Of a DNA stretch of 64,000 nt, positions 9,715 to 19,961 are shown piece by piece. The notes under the pieces were generated by a model, which did no database searches, was not told the DNA's origin, and saw only the letters and a program-made list of their open reading frames with translations. Positions within the stretch are counted from its first letter, which is position 1. The number at the start of each line of letters is the position of its first letter. A program made the position numbers and the translations under genes. This DNA is from Candidatus Levybacteria bacterium RIFCSPHIGHO2_01_FULL_40_16. Lineage in GTDB: Bacteria > Patescibacteriota > Microgenomatia > Levybacterales > UBA12049. The DNA lies in contig MFNS01000001.1 in assembly GCA_001783805.1 (NCBI GenBank), positions 257,074 through 321,073 on the forward strand, in the 5' to 3' direction.

Positions 9715-10896
9715 ATGGACAAGATTCAGGAATTACTGACTAGGGGAGTCGCAAACATCATCCCCAATAAGGAAGAATTAAAGAAACTTTTAGCATCAGG
9801 TAAGAAGCTCAATGTTTACCTAGGGATCGACCCGACTACTACAAAAATACACCTAGGCCACGCTGTTGTTTTACGCAAACTCAACGAATTTGCTAAATTA
9901 GGGCACAGTGTCACATTTTTAATTGGAGATTTTACTGCTTTAATAGGGGACACCTCGGACAAAGATACCGAACGGCCAGTTCTAACGCCGATTGAAATTC
10001 AGGAAAATTTCAAAACCTACAAAAAACAAGCCGAGAAAATTCTAGACTTTTCCAAAATCAAAGTTAGGAATAATAGCGAATGGCTTGATAAACTAAACCT
10101 AAGGAAAGTCATAGAACTTTGCCAGAAATTTTCTTTAAATGATTTCGTAAGTAGAGAGCTCATGAAAAAAAGATTTAACCAGAGATCTAGGATAGCGCTT
10201 CATGAAGTTCTTTATCCCGCAATTCAGGGATACGATAGCTATTTCTTAGACACCGATATTCAAATTGGGGGTACGGATCAAACTTTCAACATGCAGGCAG
10301 GCAGAATATTGCAGAAAAATTGGAAAAATAAAGAATCTTTTATAATCGCGACCGAATTTCTTATGGGGACAGACGGACGAAAAATGAGTAAGAGTTGGGG
10401 CAACGCCATCTGGCTGGATGATACGCCAAGTGACATGTTCGCCAAAATTATGGCAATCAATGATGACTTAATTGACCAATATTTTACTCTGGCAACAAAT
10501 AAATCTTTTGACGATATTAAGAAAATTAAATCTGGAAAAGGACCAATGGAAATAAAAAAAGAATTAACAAAAATTATTGTAACGGAGTTACATGGCGAAA
10601 AAGACGCGTTAAATGCAAGAGAAAATTTCGAAAAGACAGTTCAAGGAAAAGAAAAACCGACAGACATGGCCACTAGGACAATCGCTAATCCAAAAGCTCC
10701 CCTCGCAGAAATTCTTGTTGAAACAGGCCTTGCAAAAAGCAAATCGGAAGGAAAAAGGGTTATTGAACAATCAGGAACAACTGTGGATGGAAAAAAGATT
10801 ACTGATCCTTCAATTCCTTTTAATTCAATAGCAAGTAGCGGTGCGACGATTCAAGTTGGACCAATCAGATTTGTTAAAACTGAATGGAAAAAATAA
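9715..10896 (+). CDS. tyrS: Tyrosyl-tRNA synthetase
   Basis: GIDPT..HLGH, QGYD, GGTDQ, KMSKS, S4-like tail. Confidence 0.95.
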   Translation: MDKIQELLTRGVANIIPNKEELKKLLASGKKLNVYLGIDPTTTKIHLGHAVVLRKLNEFAKLGHSVTFLIGDFTALIGDTSDKDTERPVLTPIEIQENFKTYKKQAEKILDFSKIKVRNNSEWLDKLNLRKVIELCQKFSLNDFVSRELMKKRFNQRSRIALHEVLYPAIQGYDSYFLDTDIQIGGTDQTFNMQAGRILQKNWKNKESFIIATEFLMGTDGRKMSKSWGNAIWLDDTPSDMFAKIMAINDDLIDQYFTLATNKSFDDIKKIKSGKGPMEIKKELTKIIVTELHGEKDALNARENFEKTVQGKEKPTDMATRTIANPKAPLAEILVETGLAKSKSEGKRVIEQSGTTVDGKKITDPSIPFNSIASSGATIQVGPIRFVKTEWKK

Positions 10897-10899
10897 TAT

Positions 10900-11001
10900 A
10901 TGGAAATGTTTAGGAAACATCAGTGGATTTGGAAAATAATAGTTGCTGTTGCAACTATTTCCCTAATTGCGACATCCATTCTTCCCTTGTTAATATATTA
11001 A
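10900..11001 (+). CDS. Small single-TM peptide (33 aa)
   Basis: MEMFRKHQWIWKIIVAVATISLIATSILPLLIY fills the tyrS-recG gap. Confidence 0.55.
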   Translation: MEMFRKHQWIWKIIVAVATISLIATSILPLLIY

Positions 11002-11016
11002 TCCTTCATTAAGCTT

Positions 11017-13035
11017 ATGAATCTGCAAACGCCTGTAACAACTGCCGGACGCGTATATAAATTATATGCCCGGAGGTTAGAAAAATTAGGAATCAAAACT
11101 TTTGAAGATTTTCTATATCATATACCCTTCCGTTACGATGACTTTTCTTTAATTTCAAAAATTAACCGGGTTCAACCCGGAGAAGTAGTTACGATTCAAG
11201 GCACAGTTTCCGAAATAAATAATGAATTTACAAAAAATTTTAAAAGACTGCAGAAAGCCGAAATCGCAGATGAAACCGGAACAATTGAGGTAGTGTGGTT
11301 TAACCAGCCTTATTTAACCAAAATAATTCACTCTCAAGATAAAATTGCTCTTTCGGGTAAAATTGACTGGTTTTTAAGAAAAATCGTCATGCAATCTCCG
11401 GATTATGAAATTATTACCAATTCACCAAGCATTCATACGGGAAGACTGGTACCGGTATATTCTGAAACTAGAGGGATAACGTCAAAATGGCTGCGCAGGC
11501 AAACTTATAATTTGCTTAAAGAAAACAAAAATCAATTTATTGAGTACCTCCCTGACTCAACTCTTGTTGATCATTCCTTAGTAACAATCAGCGAAGCTAT
11601 TGAACAAATACATTTTCCACAAACCCTTACTAAGGCTGAAAGGTCAAGACAGAGATTGTCTTTTGATGAGCTTTTTCTCTTACAGCTATCGGCAATGCAC
11701 AGAAAATTAAACTGGAATAAAAATTTGATCAGTAATCCTTTTTCTGTAGATAAGTTTAAATCTGAAACAACTAAATTTTTAAGTAAGCTTCCTTTTACCC
11801 TAACTAATGCTCAAAAGAGAGTAGTTGAGGAGATTTTCAAGGATTTAGCGAAGACTAAGCCCATGAACAGACTTTTGGAAGGAGATGTCGGAAGTGGTAA
11901 AACTGTTGTTTCGGCAATTGCAATGTTTTTAAGCTATTTAAATGGTTTTCAATCGGTACTAATGGCTCCAACAGAGATATTAGCTCAACAGCATTATAAA
12001 ACTATCTCACAACTCCTAACGTCCTTTAAAATCAGGGTTGGTTTTGCAACAGGCAGTCAAAAAATGAGAATCAAAGACTTTGATGTAATGGTGGGAACGC
12101 ACGCGGTTTTGGAAAAGGGAATTAATTTCGACAATTTAGGATTAGTCGTAATTGACGAACAGCAAAGATTTGGAGTAGAGCAAAGAGCGATAATCCGAAG
12201 CCGTGGTAAAAATCCTCATCTTCTAACAATGACTGCAACTCCAATTCCACGGACAATTGCTTTAACTTTATATGGAGATTTGGATCTATCTCTCCTGGAT
12301 GAAATGCCGCATGGCAGAAAACAAATTAAAACCTGGCTGGTTCCTGCGGAAAAAAGACTTAATGCATATTTCTGGATTGAGAAGCAAGTTAAGGAGACCA
12401 AAAGTCAGGTATTTATTGTCTGCCCATTCATTGAGGAATCGGAGACTATGCAGACAGTCAAAGCCGCAAGCAAAGAATTTGAAAATCTCAAAAATAACGT
12501 TTTCAAGAATTTCAAGCTTGGACTTTTGCATGGAAAAATGAAAACCAAAGAAAAAGAAAAAGTGCTGAATAAATTCAGGGGTGGGAAAATTGATATTTTG
12601 GTAGCAACACCGGTGGTTGAAGTCGGAATCGATATCCCCAATGCGACAATTATTGTCATTGAGGCATCCGAAAGGTTTGGTTTGGCGCAATTACACCAAT
12701 TAAGAGGCAGGGTGGGCAGGGGAGATATGCAATCATATTGCTTATTGTTCACGCAATCTTTAAATTTGCAAACCCTGGAAAGATTAAAAGCAATGGAAAA
12801 ACATAATGTAGGCAGCGAATTGGCAGAACTTGACTTGCAGCTTAGGGGCCCAGGGGAAATTTACGGAACCATGCAACACGGCAGAAAAATGCTCAAGATT
12901 GCCAGCTTTTCGGATTTCGAATTAATACAAAAAGTAAGAAAAGAAGCTGAAAAAATCTTCCCAAACCTCAAAAATTATCCACGGCTTTTGGAAAAACTAA
13001 AAACCATCAATTTAAAGCAAATCTCTCCAGACTAA
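11017..13035 (+). CDS. recG: ATP-dependent DNA helicase RecG
   Basis: MNRLLEGDVGSGKT, DEQQRFG, TATPIPRT, QLHQLRGRVGRG, wedge domain. Confidence 0.95.
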   Translation: MNLQTPVTTAGRVYKLYARRLEKLGIKTFEDFLYHIPFRYDDFSLISKINRVQPGEVVTIQGTVSEINNEFTKNFKRLQKAEIADETGTIEVVWFNQPYLTKIIHSQDKIALSGKIDWFLRKIVMQSPDYEIITNSPSIHTGRLVPVYSETRGITSKWLRRQTYNLLKENKNQFIEYLPDSTLVDHSLVTISEAIEQIHFPQTLTKAERSRQRLSFDELFLLQLSAMHRKLNWNKNLISNPFSVDKFKSETTKFLSKLPFTLTNAQKRVVEEIFKDLAKTKPMNRLLEGDVGSGKTVVSAIAMFLSYLNGFQSVLMAPTEILAQQHYKTISQLLTSFKIRVGFATGSQKMRIKDFDVMVGTHAVLEKGINFDNLGLVVIDEQQRFGVEQRAIIRSRGKNPHLLTMTATPIPRTIALTLYGDLDLSLLDEMPHGRKQIKTWLVPAEKRLNAYFWIEKQVKETKSQVFIVCPFIEESETMQTVKAASKEFENLKNNVFKNFKLGLLHGKMKTKEKEKVLNKFRGGKIDILVATPVVEVGIDIPNATIIVIEASERFGLAQLHQLRGRVGRGDMQSYCLLFTQSLNLQTLERLKAMEKHNVGSELAELDLQLRGPGEIYGTMQHGRKMLKIASFSDFELIQKVRKEAEKIFPNLKNYPRLLEKLKTINLKQISPD

Positions 13036-13092
13036 ATCCTCCGTAGGTGTACCCACATACTCACCCCAAGGGTGTATATATAAACTTGCAGA

Positions 13093-13566
13093 TTAACTTA
13101 ACGGAAATCTAGGTCGACCAAAAATATTAGTTTCTTTCCTACGTTCTGAAACTTCACTAAACCAATGCCTTATTTTTCCTTTTTCCTCCCGCTGCATCGG
13201 AAATAAATATTCCCTCACGCTTAACAGATGTTCTCTTTTGTTATTATAGATCGCGCTCCGCACAGACACATCTTTCATCCGTTCTCCTGGAAATTCCATG
13301 CTTAATTCCTTTAGTTGACGTTCTATCTCTGTTATTAGTCCCCGCCTTATATATACATGGCATCCCATAACTCTTATCTTCTCCCGCACTATATTTCCAT
13401 CTCCATTATGCTCCATCTCCGCTATTGCTTTCTCATTAAGAGAAATCCATTTCTTTTCACCCATAATATCTACTATCTCCGCTTCAATCTCATTTTTGCC
13501 TTTTAGCTCAGGCAATACTAACACCTCGTATGTAGGATCAGCTTTATTCCTGTCTTCCTCAACCAT
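13093..13566 (-). CDS. Hypothetical protein in a segment bounded by duplicated recG 3' ends
   Basis: 157-aa ORF, no recognisable motif. Confidence 0.6.
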   Translation of the reverse strand: MVEEDRNKADPTYEVLVLPELKGKNEIEAEIVDIMGEKKWISLNEKAIAEMEHNGDGNIVREKIRVMGCHVYIRRGLITEIERQLKELSMEFPGERMKDVSVRSAIYNNKREHLLSVREYLFPMQREEKGKIRHWFSEVSERRKETNIFGRPRFPLS

Positions 13567-13664
13567 AAAATTTAATTAATGCTATTCCTTAAGACGTCAG
13601 AAAACGACAAGAAGTATTATATCCACATATAAAAACAATTGCAAATTAGTTACCTATTGTAGGA

Positions 13665-13706
13665 AAATTAAAAACCATTAACCTCAAGCAAGTCTCTCCG
13701 GACTAA
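13665..13706 (+). pseudogene. Relic duplicate of the last 14 codons of recG
   Basis: Encodes KLKTINLKQVSPD* versus recG KLKTINLKQISPD* (12994-13035). Confidence 0.8.
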
Positions 13707-13756
13707 CTTCAAATACTTGAGAATGTTCTCTAAAACTGTTATAATTATAGCTTACT

Positions 13757-13963
13757 ATGCCGCACGAACCAAAAAAGAGACATTCACGGGCCAGACAAGG
13801 GAAAAGAAGAGCTGCGATCAAACTTCAAATTCCGGGATTTGCCGTATGTCCAAATTGCAAAGCTACAGTCTATCCGCATACTATCTGTAAAAAATGCGGA
13901 TTCTATAATGGCAAACAGGTTCTAACAATAAAGGTGAAAGAGAAAAAACCCTCCCAACCTTAG
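13757..13963 (+). CDS. rpmF: 50S ribosomal protein L32
   Basis: PKKRHS..RR, CPNC..HTICKKCGFY. Confidence 0.93.
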   Translation: MPHEPKKRHSRARQGKRRAAIKLQIPGFAVCPNCKATVYPHTICKKCGFYNGKQVLTIKVKEKKPSQP

Positions 13964-14022
13964 CATTCGCCTTTTCAGTACTATTCGTACACGGCTCTGG
14001 CTAACGATTTTGGGCGGGCAAG
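13948..14022 (-). repeat. Structured repeat family B, copy 1
   Basis: Reverse complement contains GAGCCGTGTACGAATAGTACTGAAAAGGCGAATGCTAAG. Confidence 0.75.
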
Positions 14023-14031
14023 GAAAAACTT

Positions 14032-14376
14032 ATGAAAACTCCCTTGGATCCCCGGCATAAAAAGCGTCAAAAAATAGTTGAAAGCTTATTCAAAATAGAC
14101 TTTCACAAACAAATAGTTAATAATAATACCAAAGCCGTATTGCGTCATCTTGGTTTTATTGACAACCAAATTGAAGCTGCAGCACCGGAATTCTCTATAG
14201 ACAAGATTAACAGAGTTGATCTGGCAATATTAAGACTCGCGGTTTATGAACTGCTGGTTGAAAAAACCCAACCGACTAAAGTTATAATTGATGAGGCGGT
14301 AGAATTAGCCAAGGAATATGGGGGCGACTCAAGTCCAGGATTCGTAAACGGCGCATTGGGAAATATCAAAATATGA
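14032..14376 (+). CDS. nusB: Transcription antitermination factor NusB
   Basis: [32 protein letters not shown]. Confidence 0.92.
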   Translation: MKTPLDPRHKKRQKIVESLFKIDFHKQIVNNNTKAVLRHLGFIDNQIEAAAPEFSIDKINRVDLAILRLAVYELLVEKTQPTKVIIDEAVELAKEYGGDSSPGFVNGALGNIKI

Positions 14377-15029
14377 ACTTGCCAAAATTAAACAATTCCA
14401 AACTTTTTGAAGAAGCCTTTACCCATAGAAGCTATTTAAATGAAGCAAAACTTAAAATTGCTTCAAATGAACGTCTTGAATTTTTGGGAGACAGTATTAT
14501 TTCCTTTGCGATTTCAAATTATTTATATATTAAATATCCGGATTTTAACGAAGGGGATTTAACGAACTTAAGATCTCTAATGGTCAACACAAATAGTTTG
14601 TCCGAAATCGCCAAGGAGTTAAACATGGGACAGCTTTTAAAGCTTTCTCGGGGAGAAGAGGAGTCAAAAGGACGGGAAAATGCTACGCTTTTAGAAAATA
14701 GTTTTGAGGCCTATGTTGGCGCGCTTTTTTTGGATCAGGGGATGATCTCTGTGGTTAAATTTTTAGATAGCGCTTTATTTCCAAAGATACAAGAACTGGT
14801 CATTAAGAAAGCATTTAAAGATCCGAAAAGTCTACTTCAGGAAAAAGTTCAAGCTCTTAAACAAGGTTCTCCTTCATATAGAGTCTTGGAGGAAACCGGA
14901 CCCGCGCATGCAAAAACTTTTAAAGTAGGCGTTTTTGTTGGCGGAAAAAAGTTAGGGGAAGGATCAGGCAAATCAAAACAAATAGCCGAGTTGTCAGCAG
15001 CTAAAATCGCTCTTGAGCAAAGGAGTTAA
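14373..15029 (+). CDS. rnc: Ribonuclease III
   Basis: [17 protein letters not shown], dsRBD ([18 protein letters not shown]). Confidence 0.95.
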   Translation: MNLPKLNNSKLFEEAFTHRSYLNEAKLKIASNERLEFLGDSIISFAISNYLYIKYPDFNEGDLTNLRSLMVNTNSLSEIAKELNMGQLLKLSRGEEESKGRENATLLENSFEAYVGALFLDQGMISVVKFLDSALFPKIQELVIKKAFKDPKSLLQEKVQALKQGSPSYRVLEETGPAHAKTFKVGVFVGGKKLGEGSGKSKQIAELSAAKIALEQRS

Positions 15030-15072
15030 AACTGGTATAATTTGTGTTATTCGAAACTTATTTTGAGTTTTG

Positions 15073-15102
15073 CTTGCCCCTCGAAGCTTTAGCGGAGTGG
15101 GG
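15073..15102 (-). repeat. Family A palindromic repeat upstream of rpsP
   Basis: CTTGCCCCTCGAAGCTTTAGCGGAGTGGGG flanked by GAGTTTTG direct repeats. Confidence 0.7.
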
Positions 15103-15119
15103 AGTTTTGAGTTTTTAAT

Positions 15120-15353
15120 ATGTCAGTTGTAATTAGACTTTCAAAGATGGGAAAACGCGGTGAAGGAAGATACCGCGTTGTTGTTACGGAAAAAAGGTAC
15201 AGACGCGACGGCGAACCCATAGAAACTCTTGGCTGGTACGAAAAGAAAGAAAAGAATAAGGAAAATAAAGAAGTCAATAAAGCGAGATTTGATTATTGGC
15301 TTTCCAAGGGGGCAAAGCCGAGTATTACTGTGGAGAAAATCTTAAGTAAATAA
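15120..15353 (+). CDS. rpsP: 30S ribosomal protein S16
   Basis: IRLSKMG..YRVVV..RDGEPIETLGWY..WLSKGAKPS. Confidence 0.93.
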   Translation: MSVVIRLSKMGKRGEGRYRVVVTEKRYRRDGEPIETLGWYEKKEKNKENKEVNKARFDYWLSKGAKPSITVEKILSK

Positions 15354-15354
15354 T

Positions 15355-15594
15355 ATGAGAAAGGCGTTAGAATATATTATTTCTCAAATCGTAGATAATC
15401 CCAAAAAAGTAGAAATTAGCGAACAAGAAGAAAATGGAATGATAAATTTCACCATCACGGTTGATGCATCCGATATGGGAAAAATTATCGGGAAAAATGG
15501 AAAAGTCATCAGAGCGATCAGGAATGTTGTAAAGATTTCCGCAATCAAGCAAAATAAAAAAATCAATATTTCACTTATTGAAAACCCCTCGTAA
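15355..15594 (+). CDS. khpA: KH-domain RNA-binding protein (KhpA/YlqC family)
   Basis: DMGKIIGKNGKVIRAIR; position after rpsP. Confidence 0.85.
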   Translation: MRKALEYIISQIVDNPKKVEISEQEENGMINFTITVDASDMGKIIGKNGKVIRAIRNVVKISAIKQNKKINISLIENPS

Positions 15595-15601
15595 TTTCCG
15601 T

Positions 15602-16300
15602 ATGAAGATTTCGATTCTTACTCTTTTTCCCGAAATGTTTTCCGGCCCCTTTGATCATTCGATTGTTAAAAAAGCAAAAGAGAAAAAATTGGTTGATGTA
15701 AATTTTGTCAATATTAGAGACTTCGGCGTGGGTCCGCATAAAATTGTTGATGACAAATCATATGGAGGCGGACATGGCATGATTTTGAGAGTTGATGTTT
15801 TAGAAAAAGCGATTACGCAAACAAAAAATAAAAATCTCGGTATCTTGGAACAAAAAGTTGTTCTCTTAAGCCCACACGGAAAAACTTTTAACCAAAGAAA
15901 AGCTTTAGAATTTGCAAGCCTTAAACATCTTATTCTTGTTTGCGGTCATTACGAAGGAATTGATGAAAGGATAAAAAAGTTCATTGACGAAGAGTTATCT
16001 ATTGGGGATTTTATAGTTACAGGAGGAGAAATTCCCGCAATGCTTGTAACCGATGCCGTAGCAAGACTTGTAAAAGGGGTTTTGAAAGAAGGAGTAACTT
16101 CTACCGAATCGTTTTCTGAAATTCTTGAATATCCGCAATACACAAAACCCAATAACTACAAAACCCTTGCTGTGCCATCCATACTATTAAGCGGAAATCA
16201 TGAAAAAATAAAATCTTGGCGCGATAAAATTTCGCATAGGACAACTGAAAAACTGCGTCCTGATTTGCTCCGGTCAAATCGAAGTTTACTGGGACGCTGA
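15602..16300 (+). CDS. trmD: tRNA (guanine-N1)-methyltransferase
   Basis: LTLFPEMF, VDDKSYGGGHGM, CGHYEGIDER, SIGDFIVTGGE, SGNH. Confidence 0.95.
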   Translation: MKISILTLFPEMFSGPFDHSIVKKAKEKKLVDVNFVNIRDFGVGPHKIVDDKSYGGGHGMILRVDVLEKAITQTKNKNLGILEQKVVLLSPHGKTFNQRKALEFASLKHLILVCGHYEGIDERIKKFIDEELSIGDFIVTGGEIPAMLVTDAVARLVKGVLKEGVTSTESFSEILEYPQYTKPNNYKTLAVPSILLSGNHEKIKSWRDKISHRTTEKLRPDLLRSNRSLLGR

Positions 16301-16954
16301 TGATACATTTTCAAATTTACTCAGTTGATCAACCAGGTCCAATCCTTTTTGAGATATAGAGCTGATACGAATATCTTGACTATAATTAGAAGCGCCTAAT
16401 GGCTTGTAATAGAAAGACAAACTTACCATCGAAGATGCGTTTCCCATTTTGACAGAATAAACTTCCGATAGGGGAACTGTTTTACTGATGGTTTCGACAA
16501 AACTATTTATCGCTGTAATCGAAGAGCTGATGGGTACGGACAATCTGACGACCGGAAAATTTTCATCACTTTCAGATTGAGCGAGATCACCTATTTTTAA
16601 CGAAAAACCCCCAAGATTAACACCGGTTTTTTGGGCAGTAGAATAAACGGAATTTAATATTTCAATAAAATCTTTATTTAAAGGTAATGCCAAATTTAAT
16701 ATCCGAAGCTGCGAATCAAGTGTCTCCTCATTGATATTGGTAAGCATATCTAGATTTTCCTTTAATATCTCAAGTTTTAACGACGATTCCCTGGTTTCTT
16801 TTATTGTTCTAAGCAATGCGTTAAACTGTGGAATTACAAATTGAAAAAAAAGTATTATAGAAACGAGTATTGTAACAACCGGAAATATGTAGGACTTGTT
16901 CTTATTAAAGATAAATTTTAAAGCTTTTAAATCTGCGTTTATTTTCTCGTTCAT
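16286..16954 (-). CDS. pilO: PilO-like assembly protein
   Basis: N-terminal TM plus coiled coil; follows pilM and pilN. Confidence 0.65.
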   Translation of the reverse strand: MNEKINADLKALKFIFNKNKSYIFPVVTILVSIILFFQFVIPQFNALLRTIKETRESSLKLEILKENLDMLTNINEETLDSQLRILNLALPLNKDFIEILNSVYSTAQKTGVNLGGFSLKIGDLAQSESDENFPVVRLSVPISSSITAINSFVETISKTVPLSEVYSVKMGNASSMVSLSFYYKPLGASNYSQDIRISSISQKGLDLVDQLSKFENVSSASQ

Positions 16955-16955
16955 A

Positions 16956-17489
16956 TCATAACTCCGACATTACTGAAATCCGATAAGCATTTGTACTCAC
17001 ATCCAAAGCCAAAGAACTGAGGGTTAAGGATTTAATTATTTCTTTATTGTGGACCATGTTTGTTAGGTTATCTATGAATTCACCGATTGCGAAAAGGGAT
17101 TTTGATTGACCGGCAATAATAACTGATTTGTCATCCACCTCAAAATCGTCTACGGATAGTTCGCTAGGTATTTTTGCCAACAGTCCATTCATTGTCTTTA
17201 TTAGATCCTTTCTCATTTTTAAAATTTTGTCAATATTTTCTATCCTATTATTTAAAACAAAAAGCTTGACTTGTCGGTTTTGAAATTGCGACACTCCTTT
17301 TAGAACATTTTCCTGTTCCCTCTTGATAGCTCCGGGATTGATAATTTGAATCCATATGAAAAGACTCAGGGAGATCAAGCCAACACCTATTAAAGATACG
17401 GCCGCGGCAAGGTTAAGAATTCTAATTTCTTTTTTCTTCTTTAACGATTCCTTGTCTGTACGTAAAAGAAGGTTAATATTTGCATTCAT
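16956..17489 (-). CDS. pilN: PilN-like assembly protein
   Basis: INLL motif, TM, coiled coil. Confidence 0.8.
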   Translation of the reverse strand: MNANINLLLRTDKESLKKKKEIRILNLAAAVSLIGVGLISLSLFIWIQIINPGAIKREQENVLKGVSQFQNRQVKLFVLNNRIENIDKILKMRKDLIKTMNGLLAKIPSELSVDDFEVDDKSVIIAGQSKSLFAIGEFIDNLTNMVHNKEIIKSLTLSSLALDVSTNAYRISVMSEL

Positions 17490-18517
17490 AAATCTCTCAT
17501 TGCAAGACCCAATGCGATAGTAAAATCAGAAGCATTGTTGAGTATTTCGGAGGGCAAAGGTTTGCCTCCAAAAATTTTCCACGGGTTTGCGACAACTGTC
17601 TCTATACCTAAATTCTCTGCAAAAAATAGATCGATTCCCGGCAAGCGGGCAGTACCTCCCGACAGTAATATCTGCTGAATTATTGAATCATCTTTATATT
17701 TTTGAGAATAAAAAGCTAAGGCTTTCCTTATCTCTAAGAGAATTGAAGAGAGGATTGGCTCAGTAGACTTGCCAACTTTTTGACCGGCTCCTACCTTTGA
17801 AAAACCATAGGTTTTCTTATATTCTTCTGATTGGGCTGGAGTTATTCCGAAATCTGCCTCTATTGACCTACTAATTGCATCTCCTCCCGTTCGTATTGAA
17901 TAGGTTAAAATCAAAATTCCATCTCTGATTATAGCTAAGGACGTGTTGATCGCACCTATACTCACAATTATTGTTGGGGGAAGATCCGCAGAAACTAAGG
18001 CTCGAACAATTGCCAAAGTCTCTGTTTCTATTGAATTTAAAGTAAGATTTGCCATCTGCAATATTCTTTGATATTTGCCAATAAGATTCGTTGGCGCCCC
18101 CACCATCAGAACCTGCATCTTTTCATCGCTAGAGGAGTTAAGAGGTTTCTTCAGGACGTTCCAAACCAAAGTTATCGTTGATAGCGCAACCGGGATATGG
18201 CGTTCGGCTTCCCAATAAATCGCTAAGGACAATTCCTTGTCGGACAAAACCGGCATTTCTATAACTTTTGTATAGACTTGATTATCGGAAAGCGCAATAT
18301 TTACGCTTCTACTGTTAGTTTTTAAACCGTCCACTGTCTTTCTTATGGTCTGGGCCATTTCCCTCTCGTCAATTGGCGCTTCCGAAAGCATCCCTTTGGG
18401 GGGAGAAGACATTACGCTAAAGCTATCCAAAATAAGATTATTATTCTGCCGCGATAGGGATACTGCTTTAATTTTAGTTAAACCTATATCCAGGCCAATC
18501 GACTTATTAAATATCAT
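17486..18517 (-). CDS. pilM: Type IV pilus assembly protein PilM
   Basis: IGLDIG..IK, LSGGTARLPG, ALGLAMR. Confidence 0.9.
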   Translation of the reverse strand: MIFNKSIGLDIGLTKIKAVSLSRQNNNLILDSFSVMSSPPKGMLSEAPIDEREMAQTIRKTVDGLKTNSRSVNIALSDNQVYTKVIEMPVLSDKELSLAIYWEAERHIPVALSTITLVWNVLKKPLNSSSDEKMQVLMVGAPTNLIGKYQRILQMANLTLNSIETETLAIVRALVSADLPPTIIVSIGAINTSLAIIRDGILILTYSIRTGGDAISRSIEADFGITPAQSEEYKKTYGFSKVGAGQKVGKSTEPILSSILLEIRKALAFYSQKYKDDSIIQQILLSGGTARLPGIDLFFAENLGIETVVANPWKIFGGKPLPSEILNNASDFTIALGLAMRDL

Positions 18518-18527
18518 CTGTTAGAAA

Positions 18528-19325
18528 CTAGTTAGCTACAAAAAGACCATATGATAGATAAGGCAGATAAGTCTGCGGATATCCCTTAAATACCCTGATT
18601 GTACGATTTGCTTGTCCTGATACTCCGGTTGAATCAATGCGGTACCCTTGGGTTGGAAAGGGTAAGGTTCCGCTAATTCCAACCGCTGTATTTCCATAAA
18701 TAGGTATAATTCTTGCAATCAAAGCTGAAGAGACGCCTGCAATAGTCGTTCCATGAGAGAATGTTTTTCCGCTCACATTTCCCCCATTGATAGACGGAGC
18801 TGAAAATTTATTTTCATTTTGTCTTGCTGGACAAGGATCATAGGCATATTTTTTTAATACCGGATTGTTTTTTGGTCCCGATACAATTATTATCTCAAGT
18901 GCAGAATTATCGCAGGGTGTTGTGGAATCACCCCAATACACGGTCAAATCTCCACCCCATAAAGGAGCCCCAAAATTAGATAACGGATCGGCGGAGTATG
19001 TAGATAGCCAAAGGTCAGCTCCTTCATCCTTTGGAACTGCAAGTCCTCCATTTAATAAAATCTGAGCACCATCAATTGTTTGAAATGTAGTCGTATATCG
19101 AGAGTTATTGCTTGGATTTTCTCCACTTAAGCCTATCGGAACAGTATTCTGTATTGCGCGTTCTATGCCTGCCTCCGCAGCAGCTAAGGCCTTTTGAGAT
19201 TCTACTTCTTCGGTTGTACTTCTAAGACTCGTAATACTTCTTGAGGCGAGAGACAATCCAATGGTCGACGCAACAATAACTACCAGCACTACAATTAAAA
19301 GAATCTGCCCTTTTTGTTTCTCCAT
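18528..19325 (-). CDS. PilX-like minor pilin
   Basis: KGQILL hydrophobic N-terminus without E5; ALAAAEAGIE. Confidence 0.75.
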   Translation of the reverse strand: MEKQKGQILLIVVLVVIVASTIGLSLASRSITSLRSTTEEVESQKALAAAEAGIERAIQNTVPIGLSGENPSNNSRYTTTFQTIDGAQILLNGGLAVPKDEGADLWLSTYSADPLSNFGAPLWGGDLTVYWGDSTTPCDNSALEIIIVSGPKNNPVLKKYAYDPCPARQNENKFSAPSINGGNVSGKTFSHGTTIAGVSSALIARIIPIYGNTAVGISGTLPFPTQGYRIDSTGVSGQANRTIRVFKGYPQTYLPYLSYGLFVAN

Positions 19326-19374
19326 ACAATTAGCATAACAAGAGGACTATTTCATGTCAACTTAAAGAAGCTAC

Positions 19375-19410
19375 ATTTATCCAGCCCCTTTCGAAAAGTG
19401 CTGGATTTAT
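19375..19410 (+). repeat. Short relative of the prepilin mini-element
   Basis: ATTTAT-CCAGCCCCTTTCGAAAAGTGCTGG-ATTTAT. Confidence 0.5.
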
Positions 19411-19961
19411 TTCCTGTAATTCCGTATGGTAACTGAGGTTTTAAATGTAATTGGCGGGTTGCTATTTTCCACAAGGCCATTCGAATTTTTAGGTCCAAGC
19501 GCAAAACTTATTCCAATTATCGGCACATCCGTAGCGTTAGCCTGAGTACAGGTAAAAGAGCAGTTTGTTAAGGAAATCGAAGTATCTATAAGAGGAACTC
19601 CATCTACCGATAATTCAGTACTATCACACTTGTAAGTAATTGGATTACGATCCAGAGGGGTTATTTTTATAAATTTCACAGGGGGAGGGGGGTCATAAAA
19701 ACAGCTTGCAACATACGTTCCATCTGCGCCCGTCTCGCTTAGCCCATTGAATACCTGCGCGTACATTATATCTTTGGACATTTGGTTGAGAACATAATTT
19801 CCGCTTTGTCTAATATTCTCAATCGTATTTGTTTTATTAGCGCCCCGCAAAGAAGAAGAAATTATGCCAGAGATAATTGAACCTATGGCAATCAAAACAA
19901 TAATTGATGCCAGTAATTCAACCAGCGTAAAACCTTTATCTAATTTTGAATTGATAGTCAT
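19407..19961 (-). CDS. PilW-like minor pilin
   Basis: KGFTLVELL; start at 19961 overlaps the upstream stop (ATGA). Confidence 0.8.
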   Translation of the reverse strand: MTINSKLDKGFTLVELLASIIVLIAIGSIISGIISSSLRGANKTNTIENIRQSGNYVLNQMSKDIMYAQVFNGLSETGADGTYVASCFYDPPPPVKFIKITPLDRNPITYKCDSTELSVDGVPLIDTSISLTNCSFTCTQANATDVPIIGISFALGPKNSNGLVENSNPPITFKTSVTIRNYRK

